64,000 nucleotides of DNA from the NCBI RefSeq assembly GCF_009914755.1, contig NC_060928.1. One strand, given 5' to 3'. Both the position numbers and the translations under genes were made by a program. Under the pieces are notes generated by a model that saw nothing but the letters and a program-made list of their open reading frames with translations, was not told the DNA's origin and made no database searches. Shown piece by piece: positions 29,278 to 44,889 of this stretch (the first letter of the stretch is position 1; every line of letters begins with the position of its first letter). Origin of the DNA: the human T2T-CHM13v2.0 reference genome, Homo sapiens.

Positions 29278-31844
29278 CATAGAGGTAATCTGGGGACAGG
29301 TAATATAGATTAAAGTCCAAAACCAGGCCAGAGTAGGAATGCTTTTACTGAAATGCCCTGCCAAAAAGCAAATTAAATATGCCTATCTTTTAGCAACACT
29401 AGAGTGTAGAGCAAAAACCATGCTCTGTTGTAAACAATCACATGTATTTGGGATATCTGCATCTTCACGTACTAGCTATCAGATTTAAGTTGCTTAATTT
29501 CTCTGAATCCTAATGTCCTTAACATATAACGGGAAAGGAAGGTGTAATTTTTAGATTGTAGTGAGAATTAGAGAAAATAAAGCTAAAATATTTTATTAAT
29601 TAGTTTTGTATATAGTTAATTGTCTTATTTTGGGGTTGTCTTCAAGTGATGACTTATATTCAGGTAGAGCTGATAGGATGATCTCAGCATGGGATCTCAT
29701 CGACAGTGATGTTGACTTGGGAGAATCATCTTTCCCATCACTACACTCTCCTCCTTAGAAAAAGATCTTTATTCTTTATTCCACCAACCAAGGAACAGCC
29801 CAAACAGACAGACTATTCATATGCATTCCAGATCAGTAATGTGAAGCATAAGAGGGAGGAACTCTAAATTTAAAAGTGGAATAACACTCTTATTCCCTCC
29901 AATTGCTAAAATCGCAGAGAGGAACAATATTTTATCCAAATTGTCTGGCTTTCATTGTACATATTAGAGCCAGACATGTAGTAAACCAGATGTAATTTGA
30001 GACTTGTGGAATTTATTTCTCAGCCAAGCAAGAAGCTGAATTAATAGATTTTTACTTTTACTTTTGTTGAAATGAGAAAGCTAAAGAGTTTCCAGCATAT
30101 TCCTACCAGATGGCCTGCTTCATTGCATGCAATTTTGCTCCCTGCAACTTGGTCTCCTCAAAGGTGAAGAGGAAAAATATGTATCTGCCTATTTGTATGG
30201 TAATCAAAGTAGAAGAGATAGGAAAGATCAATCTGCCCACCTCCAGCTGTGGTTCACCTTAACCTAACTGTGCATTTATTTAGGACTCTGGTGAGATAAG
30301 ACATGTCTTCCTAAAAGCAGGGAGAATTATTCAATTTTGGTATGACAAATAAAGTGAATTCATGTTTGATGTTTAATAACCTAAATATGCGAGAATGTCC
30401 TGATATTTATGAGGTCTCTAGGTGATGATAGAAAAGAAGGGCTGACTTTATTGATCAAAACCAACTGAGCACGTCTACCACTTGAAAGTCATTGTTTAAA
30501 CCATAAGCATCAATTTGTTACTTATATTTTCATATGAGATTGCTAAAATTCTTTGGTGGGTCACAGAAAGTGTTATAAATAACAGTAGAATCAGAAAAGA
30601 GTTTTACTGATAATTATATTTAGGTCATTTTAGATTAAAATCTTACATTTTACAGTTAAGTGATCCAGAGAAGTGAGAAATGTAACAGCAAGTAAGAATA
30701 AGTGAATGTTTATACAGTGATTTGAAGCTGAATTCTAAGCTCTCCCTAATAACTGATCATTACAAGTAGCATATTTCTGATAATCTTTACAAAACCTATC
30801 CGTAAATATGATAAGGGATAGTTTAAAAAATACCTAGTAATCTTTCAGGATGGCACTACTCTGTTAATCCCATAATTGGCCCATTTTTATATTGGTTTGT
30901 TGGGAAAGCAAGTGACCATGCACCAGTGTAGAAACTAACATCAGTGAAGTAGAGCCAGTACTTTTGCAGGTTTCTACCTGTTCTCACATTGCTGATTAAA
31001 ATGGCGAGAGACCATCCTTAATTTATTTTACTTTGCCCTCAAGTGGGCAAAGATGTCAGCTTCAAGGAGGAAGTGCTGATTGCATAAATTTTTAAACATA
31101 ATATTTGGCCCAGCGCTTTATAAATCATATCCACATACATCATCTCTTTTAAGCTCCATAATATCTCTTCCCATTTCAGGTCACTATGTTAAAAACTATG
31201 GAAAATATTTATTGTTGCTCCTTGGGTTATCTGATTGACTCTGGCTGTGATAGGACAGAAAATATGTATTTTGAATCCTTTACAGCCAGGGTGGAGGATG
31301 TCCACCTAGAATGATCTTCCCCCACTAATACATAAAATAGGAGGCAATCATGCCACAAAAAAATACATAGACTTAAGTCAGAATAACAGGGTGGATTCTA
31401 GGAAGTAAAAAAATAAAATAAAATAAAATCACATTTCTCCTCTGCAAGGCAAAAATGAGATTCAAACCTTTGACTCGTTAACATTGTGCCTTGACTATTT
31501 TTATCCCTCCATACATCCCCCCTTTCCCTAACATGAAATATTTTCCTCCAAGAGTTAGATCCTCTGAACTTGGCATCTTCATATGAATATTTCCATATAT
31601 TTCTTCTATTTTATGTAACTTTAGAAACTCATTGCAGGCCCTCATTTGCTATACTGAAAATGCCACATTTATCAAGTGAGTCAGTTGTGTGTTCTCTTAT
31701 TGTTATATAATATTAACCCTGAATATAATTTTAATAAGTTCTCCAGTCTTTCCAGAATGCCTTATCATATCTGCCAGTTATCCAGGGAATTCATTCTGGA
31801 GCAGTGTTATATTAGCAATACTAAAACTGGGCTGCAGCATAGAT

Positions 31845-32128
31845 GGGAATGGTAATGAGTACAAATTAGTGAGAAAGAATGGATAAGACCTACTATTTCA
31901 TAGCAAAATAAGTTGACTATAGTCAATAATAACTTAATTTTACATTTTAAAATAATTTATAGTGTAATTGGATTGTTTGTAACTCAAAGTATAAATGCTT
32001 GAGAGGATGAATATCTCATTCTCGATGTGCTTATTTCATATTGCATGCCTGTATCAAAACATCTTATGTATCCCCATATAGATACACCTACTATATACCC
32101 ATGAAAATTTGAAAAATAAAATTAAATT
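31845..32128 (+). mobile_element. L1MA/PB 3' end
   Basis: aagacctactattt...gactatagtcaataataacttaatt...cattgcatgcctgtatcaaaacatct-like 3' UTR. Confidence 0.85.
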
Positions 32129-33724
32129 GTATGTTTTTTGTTTTTTGGGTGGAAAGTGATTCAAGGATTACTTAAAAAAATTACAGTTGAGATTCACTTG
32201 TTCCAGTAATTTCTTAATACTCAAGACATTAAATTAAAGATCATTTCTATTTATTTTGTGCTATGGGAGCAACTGTAATTTGTGGCAATGAGGATTTTTA
32301 GTTTATAGCACATGAGGGGGGAAAAAGTGTTAGCTGTTCAACTGCCTAGGAAAAGGAAATGTAGTGATTTATAGCTTGAGGGGAATTTACTGGTGTCATC
32401 GAATACAACTCCTTCTGTTATAAATTAAAAAATAAAGTCATGTCCTGCACTAGCCCTGTATTTATTTTACCTTGTGGTCTATAAATAAACTCTATAAAGG
32501 CAAAGTGATAAAACTTTTAAAGTGCTCTTTTCTTTTTGACATAGATCTTGATTTCCTCTTACTGGCCAACTGAAGGCAGAAAATACTGAACTATATGTTT
32601 ATCCAATTGCACTCTTTAATCAAGAACTCCAACCATTCCTTTCCCCACAATTCCTCCCGGCCCTCGTACTGCCCACTCAGTGCACTCTGCATCCAGGTCA
32701 AGGCTCCTCACCTGAACTTTGACTGTTTACTTCTCTGGCCCATGGCAAGAGTAACAAGTATCCTCACTTGAACAAAACTACAATAAAATAAAATGTTATA
32801 AAATAGAAAAAATATATTAGTTTTTCAGTAGATAAGAAGCACCAAATCTGTTGTATATCAAATACGATGGAAGACACCCTATGAAATATTTTGAATAATC
32901 CACCCTGTTCTAGAATTGTGCAATAGCATTTCCTTCTTTTGGCTTTCTCAATTAACAGACGGAAAATCTCTTACTCGCCCACATGCTTGGCTATTAAACT
33001 TTCAATACACTGCCAAAAAATTCTTGTCAAACAAATAACCAGACATACCGCAGAAAGCAAGTTCTAGAATGATGAAGTGAAATCTAATCATGCTAACAGG
33101 TATAATGTTAGAATTATAACATTGAAAGTTTTTGTGTGTGAAATATTCCATGCTTAGCAACCCTTAAGTAGTTTAAGAGTTATTTAAATATTTTTCCTGA
33201 ATCTGAATCACATCTTATAAAATTCCAGGGACTTTCATTCACTTCCTCGAATATACACCCTCATGAACAAATGACATAACTTGATTTGATTGGAATTCCT
33301 TTAAACTCTTGTGGAAAAGGAGAGGACTTCTTTTTCTTCTTCTTGCTTTTGACTTTTCTTTCTTCATTTTTTTAAGAATAGAAAGACAAAGGTCAAGAAC
33401 ATACAAATAAACAAGGAAGAAAAGGAGGAGGAAGAAGAGGAAGTGGAGGAGGAAGGAAAAGAAAAAGGGAAAAATCACTACAGACATAAAAATGGCTTTA
33501 TGTTCTATTAATCAGAGAAATTTGCATCCATCAATGTGAAAACCAAAATACCATTTATAATATACAATTTATAAAGTTTCCCACTTTTTGAAATACAAGA
33601 CATAATCTGGGAAGAGTTATGACTCCTTCTTAATTGACATTAGATAAGTTACAAAGTCTTTTATTGAAGCCAGAGACTTATTTTTAACTCCGAAATTCCA
33701 CTATACTATTAGGTCAAATGGATT

Positions 33725-34720
33725 ACTTTTTTATGTAACTTAAAAATTTGAGAGAGTTATATACAAAAGGATGTCTAAATCACATGCAAGTACACACACA
33801 TGCATGAGCACACACACACATACAAAGTTTAATGAGTAGGTAGGCTAAAGCGAGCATGTGAATAATACTACTGAGATTTTAAGGAATAAAAATAGAATTT
33901 TGCCCATCCCTTGGAAAGCACAGGAATTCCCCGCTTCCTGTCTCCCACACAAGGCTATTAATATGATATTTGTGTTAAAATCTGGATTTATTGCTTTTCT
34001 TGGTAATTTTCTAATTTATGTACCTATCCTAAAAAAGATACAGTTTAGTTTTTCTGTAATTGGGATCTATATAAATAGACTCATGCTGTATGAGTATGTA
34101 TTCATTGGTGACATGTTCCTTTCACCCCATGTGTTGAGGTCCATCCATGTTCACGTGTGGATTTGTAGTTCCGTCATTTTCATTGTTATATAGTAATCCA
34201 TTGACTATTGAGTTGTTTAGCAGAACTTTTTAGTTTTGGTAATCATTTGAGATGTTTCAAGTTGGAAAGTATCATTAACAATGATATCACGATCAGTTTT
34301 ATATATGTACCTTGATATAAATATGCATACTTTTTTTTCTGAGACAGGAATCTTGGAGAAAGCCAAAATATTTAAATGTATGCTTCTATGTTGAGGGTAT
34401 TAGGATTCTTGTTGCACTCCTTTGCTGGAGATTTTCACGTTTTTACTCTTTGCTAGTAGGGTCACGTGGTTTTAATTGCACACCCTTATTGCTAATAGAT
34501 TTGCACACTTGTTTTTCTGCAATACTATCACTACCCTGTGTCGAGTGTCCACATATATTCATTGGCTATGTGAATTTTCACTTCTTTGAAATTATTATTT
34601 GGGCTTTCTGTTCATGTCCTGTAGTTTTAAAAATTGATATATGACTTTTTTAATATCAAGAATGTTAATTCCACAATATAAACTGCTGTTGCTAAAAATA
34701 TAACTTACTATATTAACATA
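33725..34720 (-). mobile_element. L1ME-type 3' region
   Basis: tgttgaggtccatccatgtt...ttttcattgttatatagtaatccatt. Confidence 0.6.
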
Positions 34721-35424
34721 TTTGCCTCAGCACTTTATAACAAATTACTCAGATTTCTGTACAAGCTCATCACCTTGACTGAAGGTCCTCTTCAGTATAG
34801 TAGCAATCCATTTTTCCATACTGGAATAATTTTCTATGATGTTCCTGTAAAAATACTCTTTTTTTCAAAATGAATTATCTTTTACCTTTTCTAGAGAGCA
34901 TTTTGCTCAGTCTTCATTTGCTCAGTCCAATCCATCAAGACATATCTTGACTATCACATCCTCCACAATTTTACCCTTGATTCTCATCTAGAGATAAGTC
35001 CTTCCTCATTTTCCCATTCTTTTCCTATTTTTGCAAATTTGTTTTGCTTCTGGGAAGTAAAGGAACTCTAACTTTTTGTGTCTATTTGCTAAAATGTCAG
35101 ACCAGATTTTATTTATGTATTTATTTTAATTTTATTTCATTTTATTTTATTTATTTATTTAAATCTTCATCAAATAATGTGGCAAAAAGTATTAAACACA
35201 TTTGGTAGATTAAAAAAAAAAGCTGAAATTTGGGTCAAGGAGGGGGAAAACCAACTGGTAATGGTAAAGCCAAAGTTCAGACTCCTTTCTGCCTGATACC
35301 AATGATTGCGCCTTCTCTACTATTCAGATCTACCAAGAGATATGTTACTATGCCATTCAATATATTTACTTAATATATGGAGTTACAGCAATGGCATTGC
35401 AGCCAGAAAGCTTGGCGTAGCAGG

Positions 35425-35871
35425 TTGATGGTGTTTCCTAAAAAGGTATGTTCACATCCTAACCCCATTAACTATGAATGTGATTATATTCAAAAATAAA
35501 AAAGAGTTTAGCAGATGTAATCACATGAAGGATTTTAATATAAAATCATCCTGGATTATCTGGTTGGACCCTATTCAATGGCATGTGTCCTTATAAAAGG
35601 AGACAGAAGAAAAGAAGATAAAGAGAGTCAAGGAGAGGGTCATATGAAGACAAGACAAGGAAGGATTGTAGTGATGCAGCTACAGGGAATATTGACGATA
35701 ACCAGAAGCTAGAAGAAGCAAGGAAGGATTCTCCCTAAAGCATCAAGGGCGCCTCTGTTAACACCTTCATTTCAGACTTCTTGTTTCCAGAGCTGTGAGA
35801 GAATAAGTTTCTGTTATTTTAAGCCACTGAATAATAGCAATTTATTATGGTAACCCTAGGCAACTAATATA
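35425..35871 (+). mobile_element. MLT1C-like LTR inserted in a MIR
   Basis: atcatcctggattatc...accagaagctagaagaagcaaggaaggattctccc...ggcaactaatata; MIR core follows (ctcagtgccttcatttataaaatggg). Confidence 0.85.
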
Positions 35872-36910
35872 CCTGGATTGGCAACATAGTTGACAAAATT
35901 TTTTTTGCCATGTAACCTAGAGCAAAATGTTAAAGCTCTCTGGGACTCAGTGCCTTCATTTATAAAATGGGAATAAAAAGAGCAATCTGGTTGTTTTAAC
36001 AATTAAATGATTCAATAAATGTCATGTATTCCTCAAAAAAATCTTAACTATTTTTATTATTTATTATCTTGTCAGCTAAACTTTAAAGTTTTTGAGAGTA
36101 AGATCTAAAATATGCTTATCCTTATATTCTTACAGAAAAGCCTAGAATGATTCGCATTTAAATAGTTACCAAACTGAAATAGGGAACAGCTAGGGCTAAC
36201 TGACAAATTAATCTTCTCCATCCCAGTTCTAGGAATATAAGGTATTAAGAAAATAAGTATTATTTTCAACCACACTTTAGTCATGGCTTAAACTTTTAAG
36301 AAAACAGCTCCCTGGCACTTCAATAATGTTTGCATTTTAGAAAATATAGGAGGTTAAATGTTAAGGAGACTATAATATCAAATATAGAATTTATTTTTAA
36401 ATATTTTGGAAAACAAAATTAAATATGGTTCCCTACCTCTAATTGCTTTAACTGTTTCAAGATTATCAGTCTTTGACAAACCAAATTCAACATTTTTTAT
36501 TAACATTACTTCTCGGGCACTCACAAAATGTGTTGAGTATGGCCACAGTTCTCTCTGAGTGAACTTGAGCACAAGAACTTTTTTTTTCACAAACCAGTCA
36601 GAAGCAACCCTGGCTTGGAGGGCTGTGGTCATAGTGTCGATTACATCATCTGTTCATTTTGGCTCACCCTCATAATGTCTAGGTGTTTCTGCAGTGTCTC
36701 TTTGGCTAGAGTTTCTCATTTCACCTATTAAGATACCTTCTTACCAGTGAGTCTGCCACTGCCCTTCTGGGCTCCACCCAAGGAGCTGGGCTCCACCCAA
36801 GGAGCTTGTATCCAAACCCTTCTTGGCTGGTAAACAGGAACCAGGGGTAATAATTGTATCTGGCAGGACTCTACCAGCCTGAACAAGGGGGAGCTGCCTA
36901 ACTGGATTAA

Positions 36911-37421
<511 letters not shown>

Positions 37422-37928
37422 TGAGTTCAAATTTTAGCAAAGCCAAATGATATAAATAATTGTGTCAAAAATACATCAATGTCTGTATTTTACATATCTA
37501 TCATTACAAATAGAAAGTACATATCAAGAAAGTACCAATACATTCAGCTTGTATAAGTTATGTGAGCATGTCTGGACACAAAATCTGAGTTCAAATTTCA
37601 GCAGCATCATGGGGAGTAAGAATGTGGGCAAGTTGCTTGACCCCTCTGTTATAGTTTTACTTTGTAAAATGGGTTAATAAAAGGACCCAAAACAGTGGGT
37701 TGTCATAAGGATTCAGTGAGTTGATGCATTTCTGCTATATAAATAAGCAATCAATAAATATTAGCTATTATTTCAATAAATATTTATTTTGAAGGAAAGT
37801 TTAGAAAATGTGAGAGTTTATGTTTATTGGTTGAAGAAAAGACAGAGTTAGTCTTTTCGCAATGACTTGGTCTACTTTTTCAAAGTGGTTCACTTTAAAA
37901 TGTGTCCAGCCAGAGCTTATAGATGGGG

Positions 37929-38323
37929 TGTTATAGGCAGAATTGTGTCCTTTACCCGAATCACAGATTTATATGTTGAAGCTGTAATCCCCAATGTGAT
38001 TGTCTTTGCAGACAGGGACTTTAAACAAGTAATTAAGCTTAAATGAGGTCCATGGTGAGTCCTCATCTAATATGACAGGTGTCCTTATAAGAAGAGGAAG
38101 AGATATCAGGGATGCCTGTGCATAGATCAAGGGACATGGGAAGGCACAGCAAGAAGTCAGCCATCTCCAAGGCAAGTAGAGAAGGCTTAGAAGAAACGAA
38201 ACCTGCCAGTACCTGCATCTTGTACTTCCAGCATCCAGAACTGTGAGAAAATGAATTTCTGTTTGGCTTAAACACCATCCAGCCTGTGGTATTTTGTTAT
38301 GGCAGCCCTAGCAGACTAATACA
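37929..38323 (+). mobile_element. MLT1A/B solo LTR
   Basis: tgttatagg...gcagactaataca, 395 bp; TSD tgggg/tgagg. Confidence 0.9.
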
Positions 38324-38802
38324 TGAGGTCCATTAAAAGGCAAATAAATAAAATAAATAGCACCCCTTTTTCTAACCAAAGTTTGGAACCAATTTTGATG
38401 TAATGTAAAGGAGTTGGCTTTCTTATAAACACAAGTGTGGTGCATTCTAAGCTCACTATCCTTTAGGTGTCATCTTGGAATGACAGTCCCAATAAAAGAT
38501 TGAGTCTGCAGAATAGACAAAAATGCCAAGTTGATATCTCCTGCTAGTCTCAAGGCATCGGGAAGAAGCAAGGGAACAAAGCCACTACCCATGCCCACTC
38601 TACACTCAGAGTCTTCAATAGATTTTTCACCACAAATGAGAAACATGAACAAATGGCTGACACCAACCAGGTCACTCTCAGCACCTCTGCAAAGGCCTCC
38701 ATCTTCAGAAAAACTGCATGAATGAGTGAGGAGCACTGGAGAAGAGCTTCCTGAACCACACTGGAGTGGTCACACGGGGTCATCCCATGTAACTTCCCAG
38801 TA

Positions 38803-38959
38803 TTTTCTTTTGGAGTCAGGATCTTGTTCTGCTGCCCAGGCTGGAGTACAGTGGTGTGATCATAGCTCACTGCAGCCTTGAACTAGGCTCAAGTGATTCT
38901 CCTGCCTCAGCCTCCCCAGGAGTAGCTGGGATTACAGGCATGAGCCATCATGCCTGGCC
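38803..38959 (-). mobile_element. Free Alu monomer (FRAM-like)
   Basis: Single right-arm-type monomer of about 155 bp. Confidence 0.85.
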
Positions 38960-39129
38960 CAATATGATTTTCTAATGGTATTTCCACAAGACCTCTTCTC
39001 TCTTGGCTAGGGAGAATGCAGTATAAAAAATGATTAAAACAAATGTTTTATCTAACAAATGGGCTAAAACACATTTGAAATACAGTAGTAGATCATGAGC
39101 ATCTAGATGTAAGCCTTTGCCACTAATGG

Positions 39130-39365
39130 AAACAAAGAATTCTGCAGTTAGACATCTTGGGTTTGAATTCTGACTTTGCCCATTATTAGTCATGTGACCA
39201 GTAAGTTATTTAACTTCTTTGAATCTCAGTTTTCTCAAACATAAAATAGTGAAAATTGCGCCTACCTTAAGGGATGATTAAGGTTTAAGTGAATAAATAA
39301 ATACATTACTTAGAAGAGTGCCTAGTACACAATAAGCACTTAATATTTATTAATAACATTGTTCT
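39130..39365 (+). mobile_element. MIR
   Basis: gggtttgaattctgactttgcc...tctcagttttctca...gtgcctagtacacaataagcact. Confidence 0.85.
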
Positions 39366-40819
39366 TAAAATTGCTCTTTTTCCTTTGTCGTCTCCAAAGT
39401 GACTAGCACATAGCAGATGTTTATGAACTATTTGATGGATATATGAAAAAAATTCTTTATCAATTACTTCAATATGATGTTTCAAGGGCTCTAGAAGTAT
39501 AATGAGATGAATCTACAACAGGACAAACTTTCATAAATGTAGGCAACTGGTAACTCAAATTTCATTTAGACAGAAAGGAAATTACCAAACAAATACTAAA
39601 ATTAAATCCAGCAATGAGCCATTTAGCATTGATTTATCAAAAACATATCGAAAAACACTTATTGAAGCTTAAAGTCAGTGTACATAAGTGGTTGTAGTGA
39701 TCATAGTCAACCCAGTTTTAAAAAGAGCCATCCCTTTAAGGATGCATAAACTTTATTTGGAGAAATAATGCCAATGATATCACAATTTTTAAGCTGTGCA
39801 AAAGATTTTAAAGTGTAAAATGGGATGAAGAAATTAACATGGACTACGTGCCAACCTAGTGCTGGGAACTGCATTAAGCACATCAGATATTCAATCTTAT
39901 TTAATCCTTACCCCCACCCTGTGAGGCAAGTATAATTATCCTTTTTCTTTTCTTTTTGTTTAAGAGATGAGAACACAGACACTCAAATGATTATGTGAAT
40001 TTTCAAGACCAGACAACTAGTAAGGGAAGAAGCTGGAATTGACAGTTGGCCCTTACCTTTATTTAACTACAAATATCTTGCTGTTAGCAATATTCGAAGA
40101 TAATGGAGACAGATAGGAAGGGAAGAATTTTATGAAACTTAAGATTAATTTCCTGCTTTAGTAAAACTGTACTGAAACATGTAATGATACTTTACTAAAC
40201 ATGGAAATATCATAGGAGAATAAAAAATCATAAATGATAATTCATGTGGATCTGCATATGTTATTTTATGATTTTTAAATGTTACTCCATGAGAAATTGT
40301 ATCAGCTGTAATTTAAAATATGAAGGTAGTTGAGAAGTCACATAAAGATTCAGACATAATAATCTGACTTCCTTTCAATGATATATATTCCCTTGAACCT
40401 ATCCTGCTATAATTTAAGATGAATTTGGCTACCTGGCAAGCTACAGTGCTGACGTGCCTTGGACCATGAAAGGCAGGTAGATCAAGTTGCCAAAAATGCT
40501 TTTAAAAGAAAGGGTAAAAATAAAATGTGGTCAAATAGATTACGTCCAATATATAATTTCTAGATGCAGTTATGCAAGTGGTATAAATATTTTAATAGTG
40601 TGTCCACGCACTGTAAAAGATACGGAGAGAGTAGCCAGTTTCTGTAGAGCAAACTTAACCTGAAAAACCACCCCCACCTTCTTCTTAAACTAGCCATACA
40701 TTAAATTGGCAGATTTTAAAAGTTCTTACTCACATTTTTTTAAAATGGCCCTTTCTGATAAACACTCTGTTGCAATTAAACAAGTTTCCTTTTAGAAAAT
40801 TTGCTAGAAAAAGATGTAT

Positions 40820-41355
40820 GATGATAAAACTCTGAGGTGGTCATAACCCTGCACACATAATTCCCTTGCCTTGACTGTATGTCTGACCTGTCATTTGCTT
40901 CTAACCAACAGAATACAGAAAGGGAGAGGAGATGTGTGTATGTGCATATGATCACAACACATGAGTTATGACACCCATCTTCCTAAGGCTCCCTGATTTG
41001 CTTGAGAAAGCAAGGGGCTATTTTGAGAAGGCACACATGGCAAGAAATTGATATAAGCCTCTGGCTGAAAGACAGCAAGATACTGAGGTCCTTAGTCCTC
41101 CAACATGATAGGAACTGGAAGTTGCCAACAGTCACATGAGCTTGGAGAGGTAGATGACCCCCCACCGCCAGTCAAGCTCAGATGAGACTGCAGCCCTCAC
41201 TGCCACTGAGTGCAGCTTTGTGAGAACGTGAAGTAGAGAGCCCTGCTAGGGAAACCCAGAGTTTTTTACCCACAAAAAGCGCAAAATAATAAATACTTGT
41301 TTTAAGTCACAAAGGTTGTGATAACACTGCAATGCAGCAATAGATAACTAAGACA
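40820..41355 (+). mobile_element. Old MLT1 (E/F-like) LTR
   Basis: ttgcttctaaccaacagaata...cagatgagactgcagccc...gcagcaatagataactaagaca. Confidence 0.75.
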
Positions 41356-42029
41356 AATCACGTAGTATCCTCCTGATTTCAGATTTTTCATCGACAGTTA
41401 TTTACTGAGCACCTACCATCTGCCAAGATTCATCCTAGGGTAAACATATGCTTACTGGCCTCAAGGATGTTTATTCTTTTGGAAAAGACCAGGTGTGTAT
41501 AACACAAAGAGCAAAGTATGGTAACTATCTCACAATATTATTATAATGAAAAAATGAGATAATGGATACAAAAACATTAAGCAGTATGCCTGATGCATGG
41601 TAGTTATTAATGTAATTACAGAAAATAATTTTGTTTGAAATTAAAAGCTATGCTACCTGTTGCTTAGGCAAAGAGTTAAGAGAGGTGAGATTTCTATCAG
41701 CTGTGGAAATATAAATGTTCTTGAAGAAGGAGAGTGGAGCTGTGGAAATATAAATGTTCTCATAGAAGGCCTGAGTGGACTTTTCCTGGGGGAAACGAAT
41801 GGTATTGTCTTAGTAGGTATATTTGTAAATAGTAGAGTCATAGATGGCCTGTATTTGAGTACTAGGAAGGGGAGGAATATGAGTAACAATAGTAGTAAAT
41901 ATAATTGTTTTTATATATTGCAAAAGAAAGGACAGGCAATTGCTTTTTAATTAGCTAAAGAACTAGATCCTAAGCCAGAAATTATCCTACTAATTAAAAA
42001 AAAAAAAGGAAAACTACTTCTTGAGAAGA

Positions 42030-42172
42030 ATTTTAATGTTTCAAAAGAAATAATAAATGTTTGAGGTGATGAATATCCTAATTACCCTGATTTGATCATC
42101 ACACATTGTATACATATATCAAAATATCACATGTTCTCCCAAAATATGGGTATCTATGATATATCAATAAAC
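42030..42172 (+). mobile_element. L1MA-type extreme 3' end
   Basis: aaatgtttgaggtgatgaatatcctaattaccctgatttgatcat. Confidence 0.85.
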
Positions 42173-43064
42173 AACCTACTTCTCAAATCATTGCAATGTG
42201 AAAAGAATTGATTATCTTTTGAAGTTTTCCAAAAAGCATTCAAACAAATTAGAAAATATTCGATTGAGAATTATGTTCTGACCTAAATCACTGTGCTTAT
42301 CAGTGGTGTTTGTAATTTCAGCTGCAGCAGTCAACTGTAGCTGCTACCAGACAAATTTGTGCTTAGTAACTCTATTGCCAATTCATTGGTTTTTATGATT
42401 TATGTTTGAAATTTCAGCAGTGGCATTAGCCATAGCTTCTAGCCGATACAATTATGCTTGGGAAATCTATTGCCAAGTAAATCTGAGTGTACTGCTCAGT
42501 GGTATATGTTAATGAATTTCACTTTGCTTCTTAATCAGAATAGTTACGTTAGCCTATTAACAAATGCTTAAATAAAAATAGCACAATGCTTCATAAAATA
42601 GGGCCAGATTATCTCAAGACATCTGTTATTTAAAATAGTCATTCCAATTATTAAAGACCCACAGGCTTCAATGAAATTAAAGCTATCCAAGAAAAATCAG
42701 GAAGGATTCAAATATAGCATAATTCAAACATAAAGCAAAACAAAAATCTTATTACTAGAGTATTTATGTACTGTAATTTGTCATCTAAACTGGGACACTT
42801 GTGAGTTCCATGTTGTCTCATGATGCAACATCCAGGTGAAATCTATGGCTATCACAAGCACAGTGTGATGTATGGTCACCTTTTACTGTTAGGTATTAAT
42901 GATTATTGTTCTTAGTCAAATTGTGGGCCCTCAGTGATTTATTTGTTTTTGAAATTAAATAGCCTCATAGACATAGTGGTAATTCTGAAGTGGAGTAATA
43001 AAAATGCGATGGTTGGAGATGTTCTACTGTAGCAGTCCTATATGTCTGTTTAGTTTTTTATAGT

Positions 43065-43448
43065 TGTATTACTCTGTTCTCACACTGCTATAAAGAACTA
43101 CCTGAGACTGGGTAATTTATGAAGAAAAGAGGTTTAATTGAATCACAATTCTGCAGGTTTAATAGGAATAATGATTGGGAGGCCTTAGGAAACTTACAGT
43201 CATGGGGAAATTGAAGGGGAAGCAAGCATGTCTTATCATGGTGGAGCAAGAAAGAGACAGTGAGAAGGGGGAGGTGCCACACACCTTTAAACCATTAGAT
43301 CTCATGAGAACCCAGTCACTGTCAAGAGAACAGCAAGGTGAAAATCTGCCCCCCGATACAATTACCTCATACCAGGTCCCTCTCTTGACACATGGGGATT
43401 ACAATTCGTCATGAGATTTGGGTGGGGACACAGGGCAAAACCATATCA
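43065..43448 (-). mobile_element. THE1D/MSTA-like solo LTR
   Basis: tgtatta...ctgctataaagaactacctgagactggg...aaccatatca; TSD atagt/atagg. Confidence 0.9.
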
Positions 43449-43647
43449 ATAGGTAATAGTTTCAAAGAAACATTACATGAACTTACTACATAGGACAATA
43501 GTTTATTATCTAAGTATATATCCATTCAATAAATACTGAGTACTTTCTATGTGCCAGGCACTGCTGTAGCTCTTGGGTATACATTGGACACAAGATAGAC
43601 AAGGTTCCTGCTCTATGAAATTTATATTCCAATGAAAATATAGAAAA

Positions 43648-44322
43648 TGAAGGTTGTGGAGAAAAAGGAACACTTATACACAGTTGATGGGAATGTAAAT
43701 TAGTTCAGCCATTGTGGAAGACAGTGTGGCAATTCCTCAAAGACCTAAAAACAGAAATATCATTTGACTTAGCAATCCCATTACTGAATATATACCCAAA
43801 GGAATGTAAATTATTCTATATAGATACATGCACACATATGTTCATTGCAGCACTATTCACAATAACAAAGACATGGAATCAACCTAAATTCCCATCAATG
43901 ATAGACTGGATAAGGAAAATGTGGTACATATACACTATGGAATACTACACAGCCATAAAAAAGAATAAGATCATGTCCTTTGCAGGGACATGGATGATGT
44001 TGGAAGTCATTATCCTTAGCAAACTGACACCGGAATAGAAAACTAAATACTGCGTGTTCTCACTTTTAAGTGGGAGTTAATTAATGAGAGCACATGGACA
44101 CTTAGTGGGGAACAACAAACACTGGGGCTTTTCAGAAAGCAGAGGGTGGGATGAGGGAGACAATCAGGAAAAATAACAAATGGGTACTAAGCTTAATACC
44201 TGGGTGATGCAATAATCTGTACAACAAATCCCCATGACACAAATTTACCTATGTAACAAACCTTCACTTGTACTCCTGAACTTAAAATGAAAGTTAAAAA
44301 AAAGATTAAAAAAATACAAAAT
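43648..44322 (+). mobile_element. 5'-truncated older L1PA 3' end
   Basis: ORF2 C-terminal peptide (ORF 43712-44038, ...MFIAALFTITKTWNQPK...), L1PA 3' UTR and A tail. Confidence 0.92.
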
Positions 44323-44457
44323 AATTTCATCAGAACAAAGTTACCTAATTAACACCAATCTAGAAACATTCATCCAACACTTTTTAATGTCCTATGACTG
44401 AGCTAAACAACTGGTCGCTTTGGGAGTTATTAATGTCATTTAAGAAATTAAGAAATT

Positions 44458-44889
<432 letters not shown>

